64,000 nt of DNA from Dendrobates tinctorius (Eukaryota): contig NW_027361848.1 of the NCBI RefSeq assembly GCF_039654945.1, positions 1 to 64,000 on the forward strand. Reading direction: 5' to 3'. Shown one piece after another: positions 13,834 to 28,895 of the stretch (the stretch's first letter is position 1; each line of letters opens with the position of its first letter). Both the position numbers and the translations under genes were made by a program. Under the pieces are notes generated by a model. That model had not been told where the DNA came from. It saw nothing but the letters and a program-made list of their open reading frames with translations, and ran no database searches.

Positions 13834-14576
13834 GCTGTAACTGCCAGGCATCAGCAATGCAGACCGCTGGGGGGGGGGGGGGGGGGAAGCACTCCACGTT
13901 TTCCTGTAGCGTGGCGTTTCGGGTTGGGGGGGGCAGCACTTACCCCAGTCCTGTGCCCCCACGTGACCTGGCAGTGCCGGGTGTTGCTCCAGCTCAAAGA
14001 AGCGCGTGCCTCAACTGTGGGCTGGCCGTCGGAAGAGGAATCCAGGGGGCGGTACTTCCGGTGTTCGGCCTAGCGCTGGTCCAAAGCCGGGGGCTCAATT
14101 TCTGGGCGGGCCGCCGGAAGTGACGCGAAGAAGGAGGCGGAACTTCCGCCAGCAGTCTAGCGCAGACCCAAGTCGTGGGCTAGATTTACAGCACCTGCCC
14201 GCGACGGGGAGGGGGCAGACCCACCTACACACAGACTCCCAGGTCGAGGATTCATGGCTGGACGTCAGGACCCGCCGCCGTGCGTGGTGGGGGGTGCTAT
14301 ATTCAGATGCTGCCACTCTGACCCCCGAGGAAAATGCTAAGGGCTCCAGCCCGGTGGACGCTGCTGCAGGAGCCCTCCCCGGCCACCCCCCTCCGTGATG
14401 ATGCTTCAGCTTTACAGCTCAGGTAGAGGGGGAGGGGGGCCACATATAGGACGGTGCAGGGATGCTAGCTCCATCTTTCCCTCCAGGGATGAGGAGAGGG
14501 ACTGCAGCACCGCAGTCTAGCATTGGTGGAGCAGTGGGGGCCGCACGGACTATGCTTGTGTCTCTGTACAGCCTAG

Positions 14577-15450
14577 TGTTATGAATGGGTCACCGAGGAG
14601 AAAAAAGTAAAACAAGCTAAGTCACAGAAAACCAGAGAGGTTGGTAACTATGCAGATTGCAGATCCCTGATCCTACCACACAACTAGCAGCAGCCGTGGA
14701 GCGTACCTACGATTTTCCTAGACGCTTCGTCACAGCCGGAGGACTAAATAAGCCTGAAGCATGAAAAGGGGAAAACTAACTGCCCCAGAGCAGACCCCAA
14801 AGGAATAGATAGCCCCCACACATGCATTAATGGTGAAACAAGATGAAGGCATAAACACAGGCAGGAAAATAGGCTGAGCAAACGATGGGGCCCAAACTAA
14901 CTAGACAGGAAAGGAAAGGAAAAACACTGTCTGCAACCTGCAAAAAACCCTACAAAAATGATGTCCAACACTTCTGATAGCAAAATTAACCCTGAAATTA
15001 CTAGACTTCTCCCACTATATCAGCACTCTGGTCTCTTTTTGCTCTGTCTCAGAATATTTCAAACTAGTAAGGGACAAAAAGCAAATTTGCAAAATACTGA
15101 TAAATAAGAGTGGAAATTCAGCACAGCCCCCAGCCGGGGCTGGCTGACCACACAAAAAAAACTGAATAGACCAACAAAATCAAGTGTGAACATTAGCAGA
15201 AAAACTTAGCTTTAGATGATTGGAACAGAGCTTTAAACCAAGAGCTGACAAGCCAGAAGGAATCACCAGCAACTGAATAGGGCGTCGGCTGTCTTAAATC
15301 AAATCTGAGACTCCTGAGGTCCAATCATCATCCTCATTTTCAGGTGGCAGATCTCCACCGATCAAATCAGCCTCACTACCTCCTGTTACCACCAGACGGA
15401 GTCTGGAAGGAGAACTCACAACTGGTGAACCAGAGAATGAACTCACAACA
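14577..15450. mobile_element. Solo LTR (874 bp) inserted in the 5' region of DIRS copy A
   Basis: TGTTATG...CACAACA termini with a 6-bp target duplication GCCTAG (14571-14576 and 15451-15456). It is absent from the homologous position in DIRS copy B. Confidence 0.8.
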
Positions 15451-16712
15451 GCCTAGGGCTTCAATACCTTAGGGTGGTCAGGGCTAAGTCCGGCATCATG
15501 TCCCACGGTGCGAAAGAGGATACGTGGAGGCGACACTCGCACGTGCTCGCCCGTTGTTGGTTTGGGGAGATCGGACCCTTTCAACAGGGTCCGTCACCCC
15601 TGTCTAATCATCATAGAAAAAAAAAAAAGTCTGGAGAAAAACAGACGTGTGCCTCCAACGGACACTAAGCATGAACTGATTTCCGCCCGCAATCGGGGCG
15701 AGGGTGTGTTCGGCTGAGGAGGAGCTAACCTCTTTTTTTCACTTAGTGCCAGCCTCCAGGAGGCAGTAGCATACACCCACAGTACCTGTGTCCCCCAATG
15801 AGGCGAAGGAGAAATCTTGCATGTTTTTAAGTGATCAAATACTTATTTTCCACCATAATTTGAAAAATAAATCTTGCCAAATCAGACAAGGTGATTTTCT
15901 GGATTTGTTTCCTCATTTTAACTCTCATAGTTGTGGTGTACATATGATGTCAATTACAGGCCTCGCTTATCTTTTTAAGTGGGACAACTTGCACAATTCG
16001 TGGCTGACTAAATACTTTTTTCCCACTGTATATAACCAACAAAGTAGTATTCTGTAGCGCTAAAGCGTGCAAACGTGAAATATATGAAATTTGAATAGCA
16101 TTACTGCTCTAGAAAATCAGAAAAACTGACTGCGCACTCCATCCCTCAGCCCCTGGTGTTTTTAATTACAGCAGAATCCTACCTTCCCATATAACTGTAG
16201 GCTTCAGCATAAAGAGAGAATTCACATTAGGCAGGTTACCAGCAACAAGAATTCCCTTATCATGGCTGCCGGGTACACAGGAATTTGCCAATTCAAGTAT
16301 TCTCAACTTTTCTAATTTTCTAGAGCAGTAATGCAATTCAAATTTCATATATTTCATGTATGCATGCTATAGCGCTACAGAGTGCTACTTTATTTGTTAG
16401 CATTCGGTTATCGGTCATGGGGGTGCCGCCGTTTCAGTCATTGCTCTGAGAATACAAAGTGGTCCCGTAACCGGAAGCCTGACTTACTGACAAGCTGAGT
16501 GACTGCTATGTAGATTCAGAGCGGTGACTGAACCAGCAGCGCCATGAACCCTTGACTGATAACCGAATGCTGGCGGGGAGAATAAAGTTATTATTCTCCC
16601 CCTGCATTTGTCTGAGTGCAGGTGCCGAACAGCATAATAATTTTAACCTGCTAATTAACCGTATATATGCAGGTTAATAGCGTTATTTCTGGTGACAGGT
16701 TCCCTTTAAGTA

Positions 16713-18285
16713 CAGTCATGGCCAAAAGTTTTGAGAATGACACAAATATTATATTTTCACATGATCTGATGATCTGCTGCCCTCTGGTTTTTATGTGTTT
16801 GTCAGATGTTATTATCACATACAGAAATATAATTTGAATCATATTATGAGTAACAAAAGGTTATATTGACAGTTAGAATGAGTTAATGCAGCAAGTCAAT
16901 ATTTGCAGTGTTGACCCTTCTTCTTCAGGACCTCAGCAATTCTCCCTGGCATGCTCTCAATCAACTTCTGGATCATATCCTGACTGATAGCAGTCCATTC
17001 TTGCAAAATCAATGCTTTTATTTTGTCTGAATTTGAAGGTTTTTGTTTGTCCACCCGTCTCTTGATGATTGACCACAAGTTCTCAATGGGATTAAGATCT
17101 GGGGAGTTTCCAGGCCATGGTCCCAAAATCTCTATGTTTTGTTCCCTGAGCCATTTAGTGATCACCTTTGCTTTATGGCAAGGTGCTCCATCATGTTGAA
17201 AAAGGCATTGTTGATCGCCAAACTGCTCTTGGACGGTTGGGAGAAGTTGCTCTTGGAGGACATTCTGGTACCATTCTTTATTCATGGCTGTGTTTTTAGG
17301 CAAGACTGAGAGAGAGCCCATTCCCTTGGCTGAGAAGCCACCCCACACATGAATGGTTTCAGGATGCTTGACAGTTGGCATGAGACAAGACTGGTGGTAG
17401 CGCTCACCTGGTCTTCTCCGAATAAGCCGTTTTCCAGATGTCCCAAACAATCGAAAAGGGGATTCATCAGAGAAAATGACTTTACCCCAGTCCTCAGCAG
17501 TCCACTCCCTGTACCTCTTGCAGAATATCAGTCTGTCCATGATGTTTTTCCTGGAGAGAAGTGGCTTCTTTGCTGCCCTCCTTGAGACCAGGCCTTGCTC
17601 CAAGAGTCTCCGCCTCACAGTGCGTGCAGATGCACTCACACCTGCCTGCTGTCATTCCTGAGCAAGCTCTGCACTGCTGGTAGCCCGATCCCGCAGCTGA
17701 AACACTTTTAAGAGACGGTCCTGGCGCTTGCTGGTCTTTCTTGGGCGCCCTGGAGCCTTTTTGGCAACAAGGGAACCTCTCTCCTTGAAGTTCTTGATGA
17801 TGCGATAGATTGTTGACTGAGGTGCAATCTTTCTAGCTGCGATACTCTTCCCTGTTAGGCCATTTTTGTGCAGCGCAATGATGACTGCACGTGTTTCTTT
17901 AGCGATAACCATGGTTAACAGAAGAGAAACAATGATGCCAAGCACCAGCCTCCTTTTAAAGTGTCCAGTGGTGTCATTCTTACTTAATCATGACAGATTG
18001 ATCTCCAGCCCTGTCCTCATCAACACCCACACCTGTGTTAATGGAGCAATCACTGAAACGATGTTAGCTGGTCTTTTTAAGGCAGGGCTGCAATGATGTT
18101 GAAATGTGTTTTGGGGGATAACGTTCATTTTCTAGGCAAATATTGACTTTGCAAGTAATTGCTGTTAAGCTGATCACTCTTTATAACATTCTGGAGTATA
18201 TGCAAATTGCCATTAGAAAAAATGAAGCAGTAGACTTTGTAAAAATTAATATTTGTGTCATTCTCAAAACTTTTGGCCATGACTG
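16713..18285 (-). mobile_element. Tc1/mariner DD35E (Traveler-like) transposon, near intact
   Basis: TA-cagtcatggccaaaagttttgagaatgacacaaatatt TIR at both ends with TA flanks; 1573 bp. Confidence 0.92.
16896..17912 (-). pseudogene. DD35E transposase, 338 codons with one in-frame TGA at 17652-17654
   Basis: ORFs 17652-17945 and 16896-17639 are in the same frame. Catalytic motif is FSDES...QHD-(35 aa)-E. Confidence 0.9.
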
Positions 18286-19151
18286 TACATGCATGTTCAT
18301 AAGGTACCAAGAAGATGTATAGAAACATGTGGATCAGGGTATAAAAGACAAAGTGTATAACTATAGTAATGATGCACATGGTATCAGAAGCAAATAATAA
18401 TAATAATAATAATAAAAATAATGTGATGCCGTATACAGTTGAGCTCAAAAGTTTACATACCAAGGCAGAATTTTTGCTTTATTGGCTTTTTTTCAGAGAA
18501 CATGAATGATAACACCAAACCTTTTTCTTCACTCATGGTTAGAAGTTGGGTGAAGCCATTTATTGTCAAACTACCGTGTTTTCACATTTTAAATCATAAT
18601 GACAACCCAAAACATCCAAATGACCCTGATCAAAAGTTCACATACCGCATTTCTTAACATCATGCATTGCCCCCTCTAACATCAATGACGGCTTGAAATC
18701 TTTTGTGGTAGTTGTAGATGAGGTTCTTTATTTTCTCAAATGGTAAAGCAGCCCACTCTTCTTGGAAAAAAGCCTCCAGTTCCTGTAAATTCCTGGGCTG
18801 TCTAGCATGAATTGCGAGCTTGAGATCTTCCCAGAGTGGCTCAATGATATTGTGGTCAGGAGACTGAGATAGCCACTCCAGAACCTTCACTTTGTTCTGC
18901 TGTAGCCAATGTCAGGTCGACTTGGCCTTGTGTTTTGGATCATTGTCATGTTGGAACGTCCAAGTACGTCCCATGTGCAGCTTCCGGGCTGATGATTGCA
19001 AATTTGCCTCTAGTATTTGCTGATAATGCGCTACATTCATCTTTCCTTCAACTTTGACCAAGTTTCCTGTGCCTTTGTAGCTCACACATATCCAAAACAT
19101 CAGCAATCCACCTCCGTGCTTTACAGTAGGAATAGTGTTCCTTTCATCATA

Positions 19152-20771
<1,620 letters not shown>

Positions 20772-20929
20772 TAGGCCTTGTTGACCTCTCTCCAAATGTA
20801 ACGTTTATGGTTGTGGCCAAAAAGTTCAATTTTGGTCTCATCACTCCAAATTACCTTGTTCCAGAAGTTTTGAGGCTTGTCTCTGTGCTCTTTTGCGTAT
20901 TATAGGCAAGATACTTTGTGACATTTGCG

Positions 20930-22013
20930 AAAAAACTTTTGTAGTTCCAGCACACGATATAGAAAAATTTAAAAAAGCCTTTATTTAGTCAATCATTAAA
21001 AATTACAATACCATGTAATAAAAGCATGTGTAGGCTTGCGCGTTTCGGATCAGATTTGACCCTTAATCATAGCTTAAAATACTGGATAAATGTTGCACTT
21101 ATCAAGGAAAACCAACCAAAGAAGGCTGCCTTTGGTAACACCCACCAGAATCAGCTGTAATACCAGCATCACTAATTCAAGGTTAGTAATAGTACCTCAC
21201 TGGATTAACCCTATGATACATCCATCTTATACAAACCTATTACAATCTGAATTCTCACTTAGTGATAATCTAATAGTTTAGTCACTTTTTAACCAAACTT
21301 TTATATATAAATTCATCAGGATGGGATAGGATTAAAGGCACACACCACCGCACAAAAAAAAAATAAAAAAAAATTTAAGAAAAAAAAAATGTTTTTCCTT
21401 TTTTGTCTTAATTCATTTCCCTTCCTCTTCCTTTCAATTTCTCTGTTTAAATTTTTTTTTTTTTTTTGTGCGGTGGTGTGTGCTGTAATCCTATCCCATC
21501 CTGATGAATTTATATATATAAAAATTTGGTTAAAAAGTGACTAAACTATTAGATTATCACTAAGTGAGAATTCAAATTGTAATAGGTTTGTATAAGATGG
21601 ATGTATCATAGGGTTAATCCAGTGAGGTACTATTATTAACCTTGAATTAGTGATGCTGGTATTACAGCTGATTCTGGTGGGTGTTACCCAAGGCAGCCTT
21701 CTTTGGTTGGTTTTCCTTGATAAGTGCAACATTTATCCAGTATTTTATGCTATGATTAAGGGTCAAATCTGATCCGAAACGCGCAAGCCTACACATGCTT
21801 TTATTACATGGTATTGTAATTTTTAATGATTGACTAAATAAAGGCTTTTTTTAATTTTTCTATATCATGTGCTGGAACTACAAAAGTTTTTTTCACTAAG
21901 AATTTTCTCCCAGATGGGGATGGATTTATTCCGTGCACCGAGTTCATGGAAAGGAGGACTGGGCAGGCTGGATCAGGTGAGCTGAAGACCAATTCTATAT
22001 TGCCTGATATTGT
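20930..22013. mobile_element. Non-coding Penelope-like insertion with ~440-bp inverted arms and an 18-bp target-site duplication
   Basis: TSD tactttgtgacatttgcg at 20912-20929 and 22014-22031. Arms span about 20930-21365 and 21452-21892, each with a hammerhead-like motif. Confidence 0.8.
21749..21788 (+). ncRNA. Variant hammerhead-like motif (mirror copy on the minus strand at 21034-21073)
   Basis: GCU-AUGAUUA-A-GGGUC-aaaucu-GAUCC-GAAA-CGCGCA-AGC. The core has A3/U8 in place of C3/G8, and C at the position that is normally U16.1. Confidence 0.5.
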
Positions 22014-23470
22014 TACTTTGTGACATTTGCGCAGTAATGGCTTTCTTCTGGTGACTCGATCATGCAGCCCATTTTTCAAGTGCCTCCTTATTGCGCATCT
22101 TAAAACAGCCACACCGCTAGTTTTCAGAGAGTCCAGTATTCAGCTGAAGTTATTTGTGGGTTTTTCTTTGCATCCTGAACAATTTTCCTGGCAGTTTTGG
22201 ACGAAATTTTTGTTGGTCTACCTGACCATAGTTTTGTTTTTGCAGAGCCCCTGATTTTCCATTTGTTAATCACAGTTTGAACGCTGCTGACTGCCATTAT
22301 CAATTCCTTGGATATCTTTGTATCCCTTTCCTGTTTTATACAGTTCAACTACCTTTTCCCGTTGATCCGTTGACAATTCTTTTGCTTTCCCCATGGCTCA
22401 CAATAAAGAACGTCAGTGGCTGGATGAAAGAAACAAGAGTCTGTCTGGATCCCAGAAACTCACTCAGCTTTTATGAACACAAACTGATTACAAGCAAAAA
22501 GGTCACAGGTGAAGATACTACCTTTAGTAGCCATTCAAACCCTTCTGCGCATGTTATCAGGCCAAAATCACCAGGGTATGTAAACTTTTGATCAGGGTCA
22601 TCTGGATGTTTTGGGTGGTCATTATGATTTAAAAAGAGAAAACACAGTAGTTTGACAATAAATGGCTTTACCCAACCACTAACGATGAGTGGAGAAAAAG
22701 TTTTGGTGTTATTGATATTCTCTGAAAAAAGGTCAATAAAGCAAAAATTCTGCCGGGGTATGCAAACTTTTGAGCACAACTGTAACATGAACAGGATTTT
22801 AAATATTAAACATGATTGTTTGAAGGGCAAAAATGGCCACCCATCCGAATGTGCTGGTATCACTGCAATGACACCATAATAGTGATACAGGCACATTCTA
22901 GTGTGGGTCAATGTTTGCACTTTATATTAAGTGGCAGACTTTTGGGAAGATTTCTGTCCCACCCATAGATCTTAACAGTTCATCTACATGTTAAGAAAAA
23001 AGTGGAATTTGGAATGAGACATCAGGACTCATGAAGTTATAATTTTATTCATCTTTCTATGACCTGCATGCCCATATAGACGGCTTAGAAGAGTTGACAC
23101 TTCTGAAATATTCCCTTAAACATGTCATCTTCTAACATTACTTTATAACACTTCCAGCCTTATGAACGTTTTTTGTCAGACAATCCTTATAACATTTCAC
23201 TAAGGCTTTTAAATAATAGTCTGACAATCTTATGCCAGGATCTATTTTAGATAAGCTGGGCTGGCCAAGTGTTATTTTCTTTTGTACAATCTGCCAAGTT
23301 TCAACAATTTAAAAAAAAAAAAAACAATAAAAAAAGGGTTACGTCCATGCTTGCAAGTAGATGTGATGGAGATATGCAGTCTATTCCATATATAGCTAAT
23401 GTAATTGAGAATTCTAAGTCTAAATTGACCCCCCGAACTCCCAAAAGTATTGGATAGTGTCTGATCATAC

Positions 23471-23536
23471 CTTCACGTCTGTCATTCCTAAGGATTCGAA
23501 CCTTCTCAATCTTCCCAAGCAAAGCCCCATCTTCAG
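23471..23536 (-). CDS. GALNT2: GALNT2 coding exon (66 bp; [23 protein letters not shown])
   Basis: Matches the GalNAc-T2 sequence [22 protein letters not shown]. Acceptor is cacaag, donor is aag|gtatga, phase 1-1. Confidence 0.95.
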
Positions 23537-23796
23537 CTTGTGAATAAGTCAGAAAAATAGAAATTAAATATTGCACAATACGTTTTCGTTTTAGATTCCA
23601 GCATAGAAATCTTTAAAATAAAGGCAATGTTTTTCTAAATAAATGTTCATATTTAGCTTTAGAAGACAGTGGTGTGGGTTGTGAACCAGAGATCTCTGAA
23701 AACCCAGTCTGTAGGAGACAATAGCCTATTTTCTAGCCATTGGTCATGGTCAGCCCTAACAGATGTCAGAAAAGACAGTTGCAAGTTCCATCTTTA

Positions 23797-24428
23797 AAAG
23801 GGAATCTGTCATCACATTTGACCCATCTAAATTATTAATATGGGCACACAGATTATAGAATGCTGAAAACAGTCACATGCCTTGTTGTTAAGAAATCATC
23901 TTTACCACTTTATATAAGTGACCTCTTCCAGGTTCTGGGGTGATGCTGCCTGGAGATAAATCTGTCCCCGGAGATTATTTTACATGGGGGGGGGGGGGGG
24001 TACCAGTGAGAGACAAGTAACTAGCACTGAAAAGGAGAAGTTGCATTTGTCTTCTTGCTAAACACATTTTTTGCAGTTTTCTGCATTCTGCTGTATTGCA
24101 AAATTATTGCAGCCCTGTCTGCCTGTGAGCTGGAAGCTGAGAGGAACCTGCAGATGTGTCAGTTATAACCACACACAGCTCTGCAGTCAGATCAGGAGAG
24201 CAGAGAGCGGCCACAACACACCACTCTGGTAACTCTCCCTTCATGTAAAAAATGCTCTGGAGGCAGAGTTATAATCCTGACAACATCCTCCCCAGAGAGG
24301 TTATTTACAAAAAGTGATAAATTATTTCTCAGCACCAAGGCATCTGATATAAGACACATAGGTAGGACTGTTTTCAGCTGTTTATAGCCTGCATGCCAAT
24401 ATTAACAGTTTAGTGACAGATTACTTTG
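23797..24428. mobile_element. Kolobok/T2-like MITE (degraded)
   Basis: Ends ttaaaagggaatctgtca and tgacagattactttgaa, with internal inverted segments. Confidence 0.5.
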
Positions 24429-24477
24429 AACATTACCTATGCAGCGTGAAAACAAAAATCCATCAATTTGCCTATAC

Positions 24478-24637
24478 CAGTTTTTCCAAAACTCCATCCT
24501 CAGGGCCTCCACACATCAGATTTTCAGGGTGAGAGAACCTGTGGCAGTTTCATAATTCCATCACCTGTGCAATACTAAGGACATCCTGAAAACATGACGT
24601 GTTGGGGGCCATGAGAACTGGAGTTTGGGAAACACGG
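24478..24637. mobile_element. hAT-type MITE
   Basis: TIRs cagtttttccaaaactcc and ggagtttgggaaacacgg, with an 8-bp TSD gcctatac/tcctatac. Confidence 0.65.
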
Positions 24638-25133
24638 TCCTATACCATCCATTAAATCTTGTACAGGATTATCCCTCGCTCTCAGTACTCAAGATAATAG
24701 GTCTCAGAATAGTCTGGCACTGCTATGTACAGATCAATCTTCACTAGTTCCTACTGGTAGGAGTAAACTGACCTCCCTTTGCCTAAAGACTGTGCTCTTA
24801 AGCAGACTAACACTGCACGGTTTCCTCTATTCTGTTTTTTGAAGGTTTGTGGATTGGTATCATACAATTGCTAATTTTATGTCTGCATGATGCTATAACT
24901 TGCCGTTCAACAACCACTGCAGATTTATCCACAATTCTACCCAAGGCTTAAAGGTTATCTGTAGAATGCAGATTCCAGCATTTATTGGTTTACAAGGCTT
25001 ACAGATCATTTGCTTCCTACATAACAAGCCAACTTGAAAGTTAAGAATTAAACTAAACTCTGGGCAAATAACTGGCATCAGCGCCTCTGTACGCAGAAAC
25101 AAGCAAGCGATCAAGTCAGCGCCAGCTATATTA

Positions 25134-26727
<1,594 letters not shown>

Positions 26728-26796
26728 TACATACGTTTTGGCGTACCACCTGGATGCTGAAAAAGGAGACCCCACTACAAGACCGGTTGTGCTTTT

Positions 26797-27070
26797 CTAG
26801 GAAGTGATGGGATAGTGGTTAAAACCCTTATTAATGTTGTCAAGGTGCTCCTTGATCCTGTCCATCAGGCGCCTTTTGGTTTGGCCAACATAAACCTTGT
26901 CGCAGGGACATTTGAGTATATAAATGACTCCCCTAGTCTGACACGTGATACTATCTTTAATGTAATAATTGTTAATTTTATTTGTGTCCGTGAAGTGGGT
27001 ATTAAGTTTCTTTTGGATTAGTGTTCTTTTGCAACATGAGCATTTTCCACATGGCAAAAAACCAGGAGCT
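26797..27070 (-). pseudogene. Penelope-like (Neptune-type) GIY-YIG endonuclease fragment
   Basis: PGFLPCGKCSCC zinc-finger linker followed by ITCQTRGVIYILKCPCDKVYVGQTKRRLMDRIKEH. Confidence 0.8.
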
Positions 27071-27686
27071 GATGAACACATGCTGCACTTCACTGGTTTC
27101 ATGAACACATCCCAGCACCTCTGTTAGCACAAGCGAGTATATTGGAAATAGTGGTGCCATCAGCAAACATTCTATCTTCACTTATACTATTATACTATTT
27201 TTTTCTACCCTCAGGGCAGTGATTCCTGTATAAACAATTTTTAGCTGTATAATCCAACAGGAGTTGACACAGAGCCTTTTTTTCCCCACCAGCTGCATCT
27301 GAGATTTTTTGCCCTACTTTCCCTGGGTGGTTAGCAACAGTGTTATCAGTCTGTTTAAATTTTCATTTTTTGTGTTTTTTTGTGTTCTCTCCCCTCTTTC
27401 CAAGAGCCGTAACTTTATTTTTCACCTGACTTGGCTTTTTGAGGGCTTGTTTTTGAGCAACGAGCTGTACTTTCGAACAACACCATTCATTTTACGAAAT
27501 AATTTACTGAAAAATGAGAAAAAATCCAAATGCAACAAAATAAAAAAAAAAATGTTGGAATTGTTTATTTTTACAGGGAAGATGTATATCTTTGTACCGT
27601 GTTAGCCAGTAGATAGAAAAATATTCAGGATTGAGAGTCCTCAGTAGTTGATACCTTTTAATGGCTAACTGAAAAGATGGTAACAC

Positions 27687-27730
27687 ATTGCAAGCTTTCG
27701 AGACTACTCAGGTCTCTTCATCAGGCTAGA
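27687..27730 (-). ncRNA. Mirror copy of the PLE hammerhead (host sense strand)
   Basis: Reverse complement of 28852-28895. Confidence 0.75.
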
Positions 27731-28313
27731 CTAATACAAAATCTGAAGAGTCACATATTTATGCACAATACAGCCTAGAAAAATGCAATAGATAAGCCAA
27801 GTGACGTGAAGCAGAACTATCAATATGGGAGAGGGAGAAACATAAATATAAACATTGGACCAGTTCATAGATAAGGAGTCCGGATGTTTTATGGTCCTCT
27901 GATTGGGGTCTAGTTCTATGTTGTGATGCCCCCACACGGTTTTAAAAGGAAATTCCTTAATTGATGTAAAAAGACATAAATCCATGCGACACATTCATTC
28001 CAGCACTGAGAGTGTCAAAGTTCGTCATAAATTTGTACTCCCAAACTCGTCTCTCTCTCTGAGAATTGAAGTTACCTTTCAATACCAGTAATTTCATATC
28101 CACGCTGCTGTGATCAGGGATACAGAAATGTTTTGCCACAGGTAGATCCATTCTTTTTTCTCTTATTGTGTGACGATGAGCATTCATCCTTGTTCTAAGC
28201 TTTTGCCCTGTCTCCCCCACATACATACCCCCAGTTGGACATTTAGTACAAATAATTAAGTACACCACATTAGATGTAATGCAGCTGAAAGTACCTGCTG
28301 CATTACATCTAAT

Positions 28314-28625
28314 GTGGTGTACTTAATTATTTGTACTAAATGTCCAACTGGGGGTATGTATGTGGGGGAGACAGGGCAAAAGCTTAGAACAAGGATGAAT
28401 GCTCATCGTCACACAATAAGAGAAAAAAGAATGGATCTACCTGTGGCAAAACATTTCTGTATCCCTGATCACAGCAGCGTGGATATGAAATTACTGGTAT
28501 TGAAAGGTAACTTCAATTCTCAGAGAGAGAGACGAGTTTGGGAGTACAAATTTATGACGAACTTTGACACTCTCAGTGCTGGAATGAATGTGTCGCATGG
28601 ATTTATGTCTTTTTACATCAATTAA
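28314..28625 (+). pseudogene. PLE GIY-YIG endonuclease C-terminal domain (mirror copy at 27957-28268, minus strand)
   Basis: VYLIICTKC..MYVGETGQKLRTRMNAH..PVAKHF..H..RERRVWE..GMN: GIY-YIG with a CCHH motif. No upstream RT is present. Confidence 0.88.
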
Positions 28626-28851
28626 GGAATTTCCTTTTAAAACCGTGTGGGGGCATCACAACATAGAACTAGACCCCAATCAGAGGACCATAAAACATCC
28701 GGACTCCTTATCTATGAACTGGTCCAATGTTTATATTTATGTTTCTCCCTCTCCCATATTGATAGTTCTGCTTCACGTCACTTGGCTTATCTATTGCATT
28801 TTTCTAGGCTGTATTGTGCATAAATATGTGACTCTTCAGATTTTGTATTAG

Positions 28852-28895
28852 TCTAGCCTGATGAAGAGACCTGAGTAGTCTCGAAAGCTTGCAAT
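28852..28895 (+). ncRNA. Minimal type I hammerhead ribozyme of the PLE terminal repeat
   Basis: GC-CUGAUGA-A-GAGAC-cugagua-GUCUC-GAAA-GCUU-GC. Intact core, 5-bp stem II and palindromic stem III (AAGCUU). Confidence 0.75.

Larger units (their letters stand above)
9069..15814 (-). mobile_element. DIRS1-like tyrosine-recombinase retrotransposon (copy A), near full length, decayed
   Basis: Inverted terminal repeats (about 9115-9245 vs 15665-15803) and an internal complementary region (about 9370-9475). Gag, RT (YLD), RNase H (TTDASLLGWG, INLLE, SDN), MT-like and YR (SIRRVSEL, AHTTR, HY) fragments are present. Confidence 0.92.

Noticed and set aside
21090-21732. Mirrored 63-aa ORFs, and likewise the 87-aa pair at 27731 and 28588
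   Set aside because: They are duplicated only because of the inverted repeats and show no recognisable domain.
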